Assembly (NCBI GenBank): GCA_038064135.1
Contig: JBBTTS010000014.1
Location: 2,036 to 39,952 of the forward strand
Length of the DNA stretch: 37,917 bases
DNA from: Patescibacteria group bacterium
GTDB lineage: Bacteria > Patescibacteriota > Saccharimonadia > Saccharimonadales > OMJO01
Direction: 5' to 3'
Below are positions 22,606 through 31,970 of this stretch, in pieces. The number at the start of each line of letters is the position of its first letter. Position 1 is the first letter of the stretch. The translations under genes and the position numbers were made by a program. The notes under the pieces are model-generated. The model saw nothing but the letters and a program-made list of their open reading frames with translations. It was not told the DNA's origin and did not search any database.

Positions 22606-24378
22606 ATGAAGCAAATTATTAAAATATTAAGTACCGCAAAACACCTTTGGCGTTACTATCTAGCTATAGGTGTCTTCACGGTATTTCTCAGCATATTAAC
22701 CCTTTCGCAGCCCATGTTCAGCGGCTGGGCTATAGACGAAATGCGAAAAGGCACATCGGCGCGGGTTGACTATGTAGTGATGCTGGCCATAGCAATTTTT
22801 GTTATTGATCTAATGCACAATTTGTTTAGCAACATCAGTGGATACTTGGGCGACCAAATGGCCGTTAAATTAAATCGGTCACTCAGCCTTAGCTACTACA
22901 AACATATACTTAGCTTGCCGCAAGGATATTTTGACACCGAGCTTTCCGGCAAAATAATCAATCGACTCAATCGTTCCATATTGCAAATCACAAATTTTAT
23001 GCAGATGATGAGCAATAACTTCTTGCAGTTTATTTTCAGTACTATTTTTTCACTGGCCATTGTTGCAATTTATAGTTGGCAAGTAGCCCTAATGTTGTTT
23101 GCTCTTTATCCAATTTACATATGGATGACTTTTCGAAGTAGCGGTACATGGCAGGCTTATCAGGCAAAAAAGAATCATTTTACAGATGTGGCTAGCGGTA
23201 GGTTTGCCGAAGCAATTAGCCAAGTAAGGGTAGTTAAAAGTTTTATCCAAGAAGCACGCGAACTTACCTTTTTCGATCATCTGCAGAAAAAAGTGGTTAA
23301 AACTAACGCGCCACAGTCGAAGTTTTGGCACGTACGTGACGTGCAGCGGCGACTGGTTTTAAACGTAATATTTTTAGCGGTTTACATTTATATTTTTAAG
23401 GGTGGCGCAACGGGCCAATTTACACCCGGTCAAGTTGTGGCACTGATTTTGTACGCATCTCAAATTAGGATACCGATATTCACGATTAGCTTTTTAGTGG
23501 AAAATACTCAAAAAGCCGTAGCCGACAGTAAAGATTACTTCGAAATATTAGAATTAAAACCAGAGATAAAAGATACTCCAAATGCCAAAAATATAAATGT
23601 AATTGCCGGAAGTATCGAGTTTAAAAATGTTGGATTTAGTTATGACAATAAACAAACCGTACTTAGAGATATTTCCCTAAAAATCAAGCCAGATAGTAAG
23701 GTAGCACTAGTCGGCGAAAGCGGTGAAGGTAAAACAACGCTTACAAATTTACTTATGAGATTATATGAACCCAGGCTTGGTAGTATTTCAATTGATGGCC
23801 AGGATATATCACAAGTAACTCAAAATAGCCTAAGGTCGCAAATCGGTGTAGTTTTTCAGGACCCGGCGCTATTTAGTGGCACAATTTTCGAAAATATAGC
23901 TTATTCTAATTCAAATGCTACAAAATATGACGTAATTAAGGCAGCCAAGGCCGCCAACGCTGACGATTTTATTGAACAGTTCGAAAATGGATATGATACC
24001 GAGATTGGTGAGCGTGGCTTAAAACTGAGTGGTGGACAAAAGCAGCGAATTGCAATTGCCAGAGCACTCTTGAAAGACGCGCCAATATTAGTGCTCGACG
24101 AAGCCACCAGTAGCTTAGATAGCAAAAGCGAAGCCATGGTGCAGGAAGCTTTAAAACGACTTATGAAAGGTCGGACAACCATTATAATCGCCCACAGACT
24201 AAGTACAATTCAGCATGTGGACCAGATTGTAACTATAAAAAATGGCAAGATTGATGAAGTTGGGTCACCAAGCAAACTGTCAAAATCTGATGGCATTTAT
24301 GCTCAACTACTTGAACTGCAACAAACCAAAAACGAAACCACCAAAAAGAAGTTGCGTGCCTACGATATTGCTAGCTAG
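22606..24378 (+). CDS. ABC transporter, fused permease/ATPase (MsbA-like type I exporter)
   Basis: Six-TM N-terminal half; Walker A GESGEGKTT, signature LSGGQKQR, Walker B ILVLDEATS, H-loop IAHRLST. Confidence 0.93.
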   Translation: MKQIIKILSTAKHLWRYYLAIGVFTVFLSILTLSQPMFSGWAIDEMRKGTSARVDYVVMLAIAIFVIDLMHNLFSNISGYLGDQMAVKLNRSLSLSYYKHILSLPQGYFDTELSGKIINRLNRSILQITNFMQMMSNNFLQFIFSTIFSLAIVAIYSWQVALMLFALYPIYIWMTFRSSGTWQAYQAKKNHFTDVASGRFAEAISQVRVVKSFIQEARELTFFDHLQKKVVKTNAPQSKFWHVRDVQRRLVLNVIFLAVYIYIFKGGATGQFTPGQVVALILYASQIRIPIFTISFLVENTQKAVADSKDYFEILELKPEIKDTPNAKNINVIAGSIEFKNVGFSYDNKQTVLRDISLKIKPDSKVALVGESGEGKTTLTNLLMRLYEPRLGSISIDGQDISQVTQNSLRSQIGVVFQDPALFSGTIFENIAYSNSNATKYDVIKAAKAANADDFIEQFENGYDTEIGERGLKLSGGQKQRIAIARALLKDAPILVLDEATSSLDSKSEAMVQEALKRLMKGRTTIIIAHRLSTIQHVDQIVTIKNGKIDEVGSPSKLSKSDGIYAQLLELQQTKNETTKKKLRAYDIAS

Positions 24379-24459
24379 AAAAACTACAACATTTTTAATA
24401 TCCTCCAGCTACAACAAGTAAGCTATACTAATAATCACAAATTAAGGAGGGAACCTTTC

Positions 24460-25014
24460 ATGGCAAAACCGCACCAAAGGGTATTTGCGTTGATTACCGC
24501 AATCTTATTTTTTGCTACTACTATTGCATTTAGCGCGTTGGTGGTGTGGCAAATCCGTAAAGATCAACAAGCCGAAAAGAAGGCAAATAGCACTACACAA
24601 AACGAACAATCACAACAAAATAATCAAAGCCAGGAGGGCAAATTGCAAGGCACTAAACTCGCGGACTTTACACCACAAACAGAACCAATCACGGAACTTA
24701 AAATTATCGATTTAACTGTTGGTACGGGTGACGAAGCCAAAGAAGGCGGCAGTGTGACGGCCCATTATACTGGGGCGCTGGTTGCTGATGGAAATATTTT
24801 TCAAAGCTCCAAAGATACTGGTCAACCATTTACATCAGCATTGGGTGGACTTATAGAGGGTTGGCAAAAAGGCATACCAGGCATGAAAGTAGGCGGCAAG
24901 CGTAGGCTAGTAATCCCCTACACCCAGGCATATGGTGAAGCTGGTCGTCCAGATGGCGGAATCCCAGCCAAAGCCGATTTAGTATTTGATATAGAGTTAA
25001 TATCAGTGCAGTAG
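24460..25014 (+). CDS. membrane-anchored FKBP-type peptidyl-prolyl isomerase
   Basis: SD AAGGAGGG; N-terminal TM; FKBP core VTAHYTGALVADGNIFQSS...GWQKGIPGMKVGGKRRLVIP...DLVFDIELISV. Confidence 0.9.
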   Translation: MAKPHQRVFALITAILFFATTIAFSALVVWQIRKDQQAEKKANSTTQNEQSQQNNQSQEGKLQGTKLADFTPQTEPITELKIIDLTVGTGDEAKEGGSVTAHYTGALVADGNIFQSSKDTGQPFTSALGGLIEGWQKGIPGMKVGGKRRLVIPYTQAYGEAGRPDGGIPAKADLVFDIELISVQ

Positions 25015-25114
25015 TAAACACAACATATAGGGTATTGCATAAGCATATACACACCATATATACTGAATGGTAACCTCACAAAAATTAATAAAAAATCAAA
25101 TAAGGAAGGAAGAT

Positions 25115-25363
25115 ATGATCAAAAACATCACCATCTTTACCACCAATACCTGTGCGTATTGCGGTATGGTTAAAAAGTGGTTAGGAGCAAAGGGCTATGC
25201 TTACGAAGAAGTTAATTTAGACAGCGCGCCCGAAAGACAAAAAGAAGCCTTTGAATTAAGTGGGCAATTGGCCGTGCCTGTAACAGTGGTTACTAAAGAG
25301 GATGATTCAAAGGAGGTTATAGTGGGCTATAACCTAGCCCGACTGGCCCCCGCCGTCAGTTAG
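25115..25363 (+). CDS. glutaredoxin-like protein (NrdH/YruB type)
   Basis: ATG at 25115 behind TAAGGAAGGAAG; ITIFTTNTCAYCGMVKKWL with a CxxC motif; ~82 aa thioredoxin fold. Confidence 0.85.
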   Translation: MIKNITIFTTNTCAYCGMVKKWLGAKGYAYEEVNLDSAPERQKEAFELSGQLAVPVTVVTKEDDSKEVIVGYNLARLAPAVS

Positions 25364-25382
25364 CGTTTCTGGCAGGCATTGC

Positions 25383-25454
25383 GGTCTTTTCGCTCCGTGT
25401 GCTCGTGCGCAGTGCCGTTTGCATAGCTTACTGCGCGTCTCGCGGTAAAAGACC
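25383..25454. other. GC-rich nested inverted repeats between grx and trxB
   Basis: Outer GGTCTTTT/AAAAGACC (8 bp) encloses inner GCGCAGT/ACTGCGC (7 bp, 16-nt loop); no trailing T-run on either strand. Confidence 0.4.
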
Positions 25455-25561
25455 ACACTACCTCACCAAATTCCGTTAATTTGTCATCATTTTAGTATTT
25501 CGTTGTTCTCGCGGAAAATAAGAGAATACTTTATACTAACAATTAATTAGTTGGGGAGTTT

Positions 25562-26518
25562 ATGACTGAGGATACAAAAATTCACGACGTGGTGATGATC
25601 GGGGCCGGGCCGGCAGCTCTGAGTGCGGCAATTTACACTACTCGTGAAGACCTTGACACAGTGTTGTTCGAAAAAGGTGTGATTGGTGGGTTAGCTGCAA
25701 TAACTGACTGGGTAGACAATTATCCAGGGTTTTCTAAAGGAATTTCGGGCCTGGATTTATCCGAAGAACTCCGCATGCAGGCCGAACGATTTGGGACCGA
25801 TATACGACTTGGTGAAGTCACCGAAATAATTGATGAAGGAAAGACCAAATTTCTCAAGACAACAGATGGCGATGTTCGTGCAAAGGCCGTACTGATTGCC
25901 ACAGGTAGTGATTATAAAAAACTAGGCATCCCTGGCGAGAAAGAATATTACGCCCGCGGCGTACACTATTGCGCAACATGCGACGGTGCGTTTTACCGCG
26001 ATAAGCGACTGGTTGTGGTGGGCGGCGGTAATTCGGCATTACAAGAAGCAATCTTTTTAACTAAATTTGCCAGCAACATTGATCTGTTGGTTCGTGGTGA
26101 TAAGTTTAGAGCCAGCGAAGTTCTACAAAAAGAATTATCAAAACATGCTGATAAAATTTCGGTTCATATGAATACTACCACCGATGAAATTGTAGCCGGA
26201 GAAGATAAACTAGTAACTCATGTAATTGGCACCGACAAAATAACAGGTAAGCGGGTTAAGTTCGATACCGACGGCGTATTTATTTTTATTGGACTATTGC
26301 CAAATACTCAATTTTTACAAAACTCCAAAGTAGAATTAGACGAAGTCGGCATGATTAAAACGGACCCGAATTTGCAAACCACTATTTCTGGAGTTTATGC
26401 GGCTGGTGATGTAAGAAGCGGTGCTACTATGCAAATAGCTAGCGCTAGCGGCGAAGGCGCAACCGCTGCATTAATGATTCGAAAATACCTAGAAGAACAA
26501 GAAAGGCAAGCTAGCTAG
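25562..26518 (+). CDS. trxB: thioredoxin-disulfide reductase
   Basis: GAGPAALSAA FAD motif, redox-active CATCDG, GGGNSALQEA NADPH motif. Confidence 0.95.
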   Translation: MTEDTKIHDVVMIGAGPAALSAAIYTTREDLDTVLFEKGVIGGLAAITDWVDNYPGFSKGISGLDLSEELRMQAERFGTDIRLGEVTEIIDEGKTKFLKTTDGDVRAKAVLIATGSDYKKLGIPGEKEYYARGVHYCATCDGAFYRDKRLVVVGGGNSALQEAIFLTKFASNIDLLVRGDKFRASEVLQKELSKHADKISVHMNTTTDEIVAGEDKLVTHVIGTDKITGKRVKFDTDGVFIFIGLLPNTQFLQNSKVELDEVGMIKTDPNLQTTISGVYAAGDVRSGATMQIASASGEGATAALMIRKYLEEQERQAS

Positions 26519-27028
26519 ATGGCTACCGACAAAGATAGTCTTTTTGAACTTTGCTTGGCACATTCCAGCGCAGAACGGGCCATAAAGAGCTCTATGAACA
26601 AGGCTTTAGAAAGATATGAACTAACACTATTAGAATGGTTATTAATTTGTGTGGTCAACACTTTTGGGAGTAACGGCTTAAGTATGACAGCGGTTTCAAC
26701 GGCGTTAAATATTAATCTTGCGCAAACAAATGTGCTTGCTATTAGACTAGTAAAGCGCCGGTTAATTAGGCAAAGGACGCAGCGCCACGACAGGCGTACC
26801 AGGCATCTTATCATTACCGCCAAGGGTAAATTTATTTGTGAACGTAGTAAGTCGCAAATAAAAACAATTCAGAGGATGATTAATTCAGAATTTACTAAAG
26901 ACGAATTAAATGCATATATTCAAGGGCTTGAAAGAATGAGTCATGCTGTAACTTCCGGTCAACCGGCACGCATTGCCGCAGAGGTAATCATTACACCAAA
27001 ATTAACTGCCGCAACCGAAGATAATTAA
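26519..27028 (+). CDS. MarR-family transcriptional regulator
   Basis: ATG directly after the trxB stop; winged-helix pattern LTLLEWLLI...LSMTAVSTALNINLAQTNVLAIRLVKRRLIRQ...DRRTRHLIITAKG. Confidence 0.75.
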   Translation: MATDKDSLFELCLAHSSAERAIKSSMNKALERYELTLLEWLLICVVNTFGSNGLSMTAVSTALNINLAQTNVLAIRLVKRRLIRQRTQRHDRRTRHLIITAKGKFICERSKSQIKTIQRMINSEFTKDELNAYIQGLERMSHAVTSGQPARIAAEVIITPKLTAATEDN

Positions 27029-27035
27029 ACGGCTA

Positions 27036-27734
27036 TCAAATTTCCTTATAGCCAGGGAAAAAATCGGTTACTAAATTTTCTGGCGGCACACCGGCCAGCT
27101 TCAAATCATAAAAAAGTTGTTCTATCATCGTTTCTGGCCCAGAAAGATACACTAAATGTTCTTTTTTAATTGACGGAAATACCATTGGGGAATTTAAAAT
27201 TCCGGTTTTGCCACGCCAATTTACCGGGTCGCTAACCACAATTTCCAAATTAGCCGCCGACCTTATTTCTTTTTCAAAAACAATTTCATTTTCGCTATGT
27301 ACCCCATACATTACATCAATGGTGCGCTTTTCGTTTTGCGATACCGTCCATCTAAGCATGCTATGTACAGGCGTAATACCGATTCCGCCAGCAACCATTA
27401 GTAGTGGCCTTAAATTATTTTTTGGTAGAACAAAATCACCCATGGCGTCGGTAAGCTTTACGGTTTGTCCGATATTTAAAAGCCAAAGAGCACTTTTGAG
27501 CGAACTGCTATTTTGGGTAGAAAATTTAGTAGTTATGGTAAGTAATTCTTCACTAGGCGAGCTAGAAAGTGTAAACCATCTTTTAATTCCACGGTCATCG
27601 GGTTCTTTGTGGAACAGAATCAACTCAATAAATTGGCCAGCAATATAATGAAAGCCGGGCGGTTTTTGAAAGCTAAAGCTTATGATTTTGTCGTTCAGTG
27701 GTTCAACTTTTACCAGTTCTACATCGTACATCAA
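27036..27734 (-). CDS. FNR-family FAD/NAD(P)-binding oxidoreductase
   Basis: RWFTLSSSP (RxYS-type FAD motif) and MVAGGIGITP (NAD(P) motif); no TM segment. Confidence 0.8.
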   Translation of the reverse strand: MMYDVELVKVEPLNDKIISFSFQKPPGFHYIAGQFIELILFHKEPDDRGIKRWFTLSSSPSEELLTITTKFSTQNSSSLKSALWLLNIGQTVKLTDAMGDFVLPKNNLRPLLMVAGGIGITPVHSMLRWTVSQNEKRTIDVMYGVHSENEIVFEKEIRSAANLEIVVSDPVNWRGKTGILNSPMVFPSIKKEHLVYLSGPETMIEQLFYDLKLAGVPPENLVTDFFPGYKEI

Positions 27735-27749
27735 AAATAGTATAAACCT

Positions 27750-28445
27750 TTATTTGGTGAGTAAATCTATCAATTCTTTTGGTTTATTGGTTGCAATTGT
27801 CACACTTGGATAAATTGCATTAATAATTTTGGCAATTACAGAAAAATTAACGGTGTATACCATAAGTTCTATCTTCCAGCGACGCGCCAACCAAACAACA
27901 ATCGGGTTAATTGCCATCCAGTGCGTGCCGATTCCATAAAATCCATATGACCGAGCAATTTTTAAGCAGTGCAGGGGCCGCCAAAAAGTCAGGCTGAAGC
28001 AAGGAATATTTAATTGCAAAGCATGAAATTTAGCTAGCTCATCGTAGTTAAATGATAATACACTGACATTTGAAAAATTATTATTGCGAGCAAATTCATT
28101 AAGCTGAACTGACCAGTTTTTAGCCTTTGCCTCTATAAAAACGTGTTTATTTTTGCGATATTTCAGAGCGTCTTTTAAGGATGGTGGTGGTAAGCCGTCT
28201 TTTAGGGTGACGTTTTTGGTTAGCCACTTAAGTGAATTTTTAGAAATTTTTCCACGTATTCCAGCGGTACGCTTAAAACTGGCATCGTGACTAATAATAA
28301 ACTGACCACCGCTAGTTAAACGTATATCGAATTCGATAGCGTATATATTTAGTTCAGTTGCTTTTTGAATAGCCGTTTGACTGTTTTCAGGTGCGTCATT
28401 GCTTGCTCCGCGGTGTGCAATTACTTTTGGACCAGAGGGAGTCAT
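27750..28445 (-). CDS. glycerophosphodiester phosphodiesterase (GDPD family)
   Basis: HRGAS..APENS and EFDIRLT motifs at the N-terminus. Confidence 0.85.
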   Translation of the reverse strand: MTPSGPKVIAHRGASNDAPENSQTAIQKATELNIYAIEFDIRLTSGGQFIISHDASFKRTAGIRGKISKNSLKWLTKNVTLKDGLPPPSLKDALKYRKNKHVFIEAKAKNWSVQLNEFARNNNFSNVSVLSFNYDELAKFHALQLNIPCFSLTFWRPLHCLKIARSYGFYGIGTHWMAINPIVVWLARRWKIELMVYTVNFSVIAKIINAIYPSVTIATNKPKELIDLLTK

Positions 28446-28446
28446 T

Positions 28447-28929
28447 TTATTGTTTTAAGTCGCCAATTTTTAAGCTTTGCAGCTCAGAGCTGGCATTTGT
28501 ACTATGTGGGGTGCCACTTCCCACGGCTTCACCGTCTTCGGTTTTGCGTTCGGTAAACAAGCTTGTTCCATCTGTGCCGCAAGCACGAATAATTTCATCT
28601 CCACCCGGGTGTCGGCCGATGAATTTGGTTAAGTCATAAACTTGGTCTTCGATTATTGTCCAGCAGTCACTTTTAGAATTATGTTTAATAACGTCATCTT
28701 TGGTAAAGAATTTAATTTCTTGTTCTATCTGATCACCATTGGATGAGTTTTGATTGATTTCTGAGTTAGATTGATTAGAGGTCCGTTGTGTAGAATTGTT
28801 CGATTTTTGGTCTTTGTTGCCTGTAAAGAACACAATTCCGGCAACAACTATGACGCCAGCCACCAACGATACTACAATTAGCATTTTATTAGACTTATTT
28901 TGTGGTGCTTGGGTTGGCTCTAGGTCCAT
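28447..28929 (-). CDS. membrane-anchored cytochrome b5-like heme-binding domain protein
   Basis: N-terminal TM, Asn/Ser/Gln-rich linker, then DCWTIIEDQVYDLTKFIGRHPGG....PHS with both candidate axial His residues. Confidence 0.72.
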   Translation of the reverse strand: MDLEPTQAPQNKSNKMLIVVSLVAGVIVVAGIVFFTGNKDQKSNNSTQRTSNQSNSEINQNSSNGDQIEQEIKFFTKDDVIKHNSKSDCWTIIEDQVYDLTKFIGRHPGGDEIIRACGTDGTSLFTERKTEDGEAVGSGTPHSTNASSELQSLKIGDLKQ

Positions 28930-29022
28930 CTTTTCTCCTTAAATTATTCCATATAATTATGACACAGATGAAATTTACTGGCCAGTACGCTATACTTTAG
29001 CGTGAAGTAAAAGGAGCAAATA

Positions 29023-29553
29023 ATGGGCTATCCATTTAATAAATTGACGTTTGGTAAAGACGGCGAGCACGTAACGACAGTTATAGAGATACCGAAAGGT
29101 TCGATGCTAAAAGCGGAATGGAGTCGTAAAGACGAATATTTTGTACTTGATCGCATAGAGCCTGGCATATTTGCTAAGCCAACCAACTACGGCTTCATTC
29201 CTCAAACTTTAGACGAAGACGGTGACGAACTCGACACCTTGGTGATCACATCCGAGCCATTGCCTATGGGGCTTGTAGTGGAAGCTCGCGTTATTGGCAT
29301 GGTTGATTTTGTAGACGATGGCGACAATGACCATAAAATTATCGTTGTTCCAACCGACGATCGTCACTATGGCAAAATAACCGGCTACAAAGAGTTGGGC
29401 GAACAAGCCATCAAGCAAATCGAGCATCACTTCAACCACTACAAAGACCTAAAGAGTGGTGGTACTGAAGTGCGGGGCTTTGCTGATGCCAATGAGGCCT
29501 GGAAGATTATCCGTGAATGCTCCGAGCGAGCCCAATCCGACAAGTGGTGGTGA
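29023..29553 (+). CDS. ppa: inorganic pyrophosphatase (family I)
   Basis: YGFIPQTLDEDGDELD, DHKIIVVP, HFNHYKD are canonical family I PPase segments. Confidence 0.95.
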   Translation: MGYPFNKLTFGKDGEHVTTVIEIPKGSMLKAEWSRKDEYFVLDRIEPGIFAKPTNYGFIPQTLDEDGDELDTLVITSEPLPMGLVVEARVIGMVDFVDDGDNDHKIIVVPTDDRHYGKITGYKELGEQAIKQIEHHFNHYKDLKSGGTEVRGFADANEAWKIIRECSERAQSDKWW

Positions 29554-29577
29554 GAATACCGTGTGCCTAATTAGACG

Positions 29578-29606
29578 TTGACCAGATATCGTCTTACTCG
29601 TACAAT
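29578..29606 (+). promoter_or_regulatory. sigma70 promoter TTGACC-17-TACAAT for gap
   Basis: Hexamers and 17-nt spacer read directly, 47 nt upstream of the gap ATG; flanked by CCTAATT/AATTAGG inverted repeats. Confidence 0.55.
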
Positions 29607-29652
29607 TAGGTTATTGATTTCTGCTTAAGCTAAAACTGGGGGTTGGGTATAT

Positions 29653-30831
29653 ATGAAGACAAAAGTTGCAATAAATGGATTTGGCCGAATCGGGCGGAAC
29701 ACTTTTAAGATCGCCTTTGAACGCTCCGACCTAGAAATCGTAGCTATTAATGACTTAACCGACACAAAAACCCTGGCGTATCTGCTAAAACACGACAGTA
29801 CTTATGGTACTTACAGCCATCAGGTTGAGTTTGATGAAACCAATATTATTGTTGATGGTAAAAAAATTCCTATTTCAGCCGAAAAAGACCCAACCAAATT
29901 ACCCTGGAAGCAATTGGAAGTTGACGTAGTAATCGAATCTACCGGCCGATTTACGCAAAAAGAAGATGCTGGCCAACATCTGACGGCTGGTGCAAAAAAA
30001 GTTGTTATCTCGGCACCAACCAAAAGTGCTGATGTTGATACTTTAGTGCTGGGGGCTAACGAAGAGAAGTTAGATCAAGCTGGCGATATTGTTAGTAACG
30101 CAAGTTGCACAACCAACTCTGTAGCCGCAGTTATGGCGATTATGGAAGAATCGTTTGGGGTCGAAAAGGCCATGTTAACCACCGTCCATAGTTATACTGC
30201 CAGCCAGGTATTGCAAGATGCACCAGCCAAAGATTTACGCGAGGCCCGAGCCGCCGCCGAAAACATCGTACCAACCACTACAGGCGCGGCTATAGCTGTT
30301 ACATTGGCCCTACCGCAACTCAAAGATAAATTTGATGGTTTGAGTATTCGCGTGCCTAGCCCAGTGGTTAGTCTTAGTGACATAACACTTGTCCTTAAGC
30401 GCGAAACTACTAAAGAGGAAATAAACCAAGTATTCAAAGACGCTGTCAAAGAAGCCTATTTTCAGGGTATTTTAGATGTCAGCGAAGAACCTTTGGTGAG
30501 CAAAGATTATGTCGGTAATAGTCATAGTGGAATCATAGATTTGCTTTTAACAAATGTAGTCGGTGGCAATTTAGTAAAAGTTGTCGTGTGGTACGACAAT
30601 GAATGGGGTTACAGCAATCGACTAGTAGAAATGGTAGCTGACCTTGGTAAAATCCTGTCAAATTCTTCAGCTAATGCATCAAATCCTGTAGTTGGAGAGA
30701 CGGACACAACAGTTAATCAGCCGATCGAAAATGACCAAACTGCACCGCCATTAGTTCCTGCGACCGAAAAAGCTAACGAAGTTACAATCCAGCCTGCAGC
30801 ACCGGGTTTGCAAAATCAGATCCTATCATAA
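29653..30831 (+). CDS. gap: type I glyceraldehyde-3-phosphate dehydrogenase with ~55-aa low-complexity C-terminal tail
   Basis: INGFGRIGR, catalytic SNASCTTNS, WYDNEWGYSNR; followed by an Asn/Ser/Pro/Thr/Gln-rich tail. Confidence 0.95.
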   Translation: MKTKVAINGFGRIGRNTFKIAFERSDLEIVAINDLTDTKTLAYLLKHDSTYGTYSHQVEFDETNIIVDGKKIPISAEKDPTKLPWKQLEVDVVIESTGRFTQKEDAGQHLTAGAKKVVISAPTKSADVDTLVLGANEEKLDQAGDIVSNASCTTNSVAAVMAIMEESFGVEKAMLTTVHSYTASQVLQDAPAKDLREARAAAENIVPTTTGAAIAVTLALPQLKDKFDGLSIRVPSPVVSLSDITLVLKRETTKEEINQVFKDAVKEAYFQGILDVSEEPLVSKDYVGNSHSGIIDLLLTNVVGGNLVKVVVWYDNEWGYSNRLVEMVADLGKILSNSSANASNPVVGETDTTVNQPIENDQTAPPLVPATEKANEVTIQPAAPGLQNQILS

Positions 30832-30853
30832 AGAAGGTTATTAAAAACTATTT

Positions 30854-31297
30854 ATGAAAATATTCATCGGCTCCGATCATAACGGTTTTCATATGCGAGG
30901 AGAACTTGTCCAATATATAAAAAGAGCCGGTTATGACGTCGAAGACGAAGGTGAAAAGCGCCAAGACCCACAAGATGACTTTCCGGTGGTGGCCCGCCGG
31001 ATAGTCAAAGATATCCTGGGTAGTAATGACGATGACCCAAGAGGGATTTTAATATGTGGTAGTGGTCAAGGAATGTGCATGGCCGCTAATCGATTTCGTG
31101 GAATACGTGCCGCATTGGGCTACGACATGGCGACCGTTCGCGACGCCCGAAATGACGACAATAGTAATGTACTTTGCTTGCCAGCTAAAACTTTAGCCAA
31201 AGACAAATCTAGGGTAATTGTTGAAACTTGGCTCAACACCCCATTTGCTGGTGCCACGAGGTTCAAAAGGCGTATCCAGGAACTTGATTCTTTATGA
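30854..31297 (+). CDS. rpiB: ribose-5-phosphate isomerase B
   Basis: MKIFIGSDHNGF, GILICGSGQGMCMAANR, NSNVLCLP. Confidence 0.92.
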   Translation: MKIFIGSDHNGFHMRGELVQYIKRAGYDVEDEGEKRQDPQDDFPVVARRIVKDILGSNDDDPRGILICGSGQGMCMAANRFRGIRAALGYDMATVRDARNDDNSNVLCLPAKTLAKDKSRVIVETWLNTPFAGATRFKRRIQELDSL

Positions 31298-31929
31298 TTG
31301 ATGTTTGCCCAACAATTACGGCTACCGATTTACACGAATACCGCAAACAGATGGAATTGGTAGAGGGTTTTGCTACACGAATACATATAGACTGCATGGA
31401 CGGCGATTTTACCCCAACAAAGTCGCCGGACTTATCTCAAGCTTGGTGGTCAGAAAACGTTCGAGCCGACATACACTTTATGTATCGCTATCCGCTAGAT
31501 TATTTGGACACATTGATTCGGCTAAAGCCTAAATTAGTAATTGTTCAGGCCGAAGCCGAAGGAAATTTTAGACATTTAGCCAATCAACTTCATAAAAATC
31601 ACATAAAAGTTGGGGTTTGTATATTGCCAGAAACTGATTTGATCGTAATTAAACCGGCTCTCAGTTGGATAGATCATGTGCTAATATTTTCTGGAAAACT
31701 TGGTTATCACGGTGGAGTTGCCAATTTAGGTTTGCTTAGTCGAGCAGAAACTTTAAAAAAATGGAAAAGCAATGTCGAATTGGGTTGGGACGGCGGAATA
31801 AATGAAAATAATGCTAAACAACTTATCACAGGCGGTATTAGTGTCCTAAATGTTGGGGGGGGAATTCATAGCTCTGGCGACCCTGCGGCTGCATATAGAA
31901 CACTGCTTTCACTCACTGATTTACAATAA
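31294..31929 (+). CDS. rpe: ribulose-phosphate 3-epimerase-like protein
   Basis: IHIDCMDGDFTP matches the HxDxMDGxFVP metal site; TIM-barrel length; 4-nt overlap with rpiB. Confidence 0.72.
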   Translation: MIDVCPTITATDLHEYRKQMELVEGFATRIHIDCMDGDFTPTKSPDLSQAWWSENVRADIHFMYRYPLDYLDTLIRLKPKLVIVQAEAEGNFRHLANQLHKNHIKVGVCILPETDLIVIKPALSWIDHVLIFSGKLGYHGGVANLGLLSRAETLKKWKSNVELGWDGGINENNAKQLITGGISVLNVGGGIHSSGDPAAAYRTLLSLTDLQ

Positions 31930-31970
31930 TCGCTTATGTTACACTAAAGCCTATAAATATAGAGGGAAAA

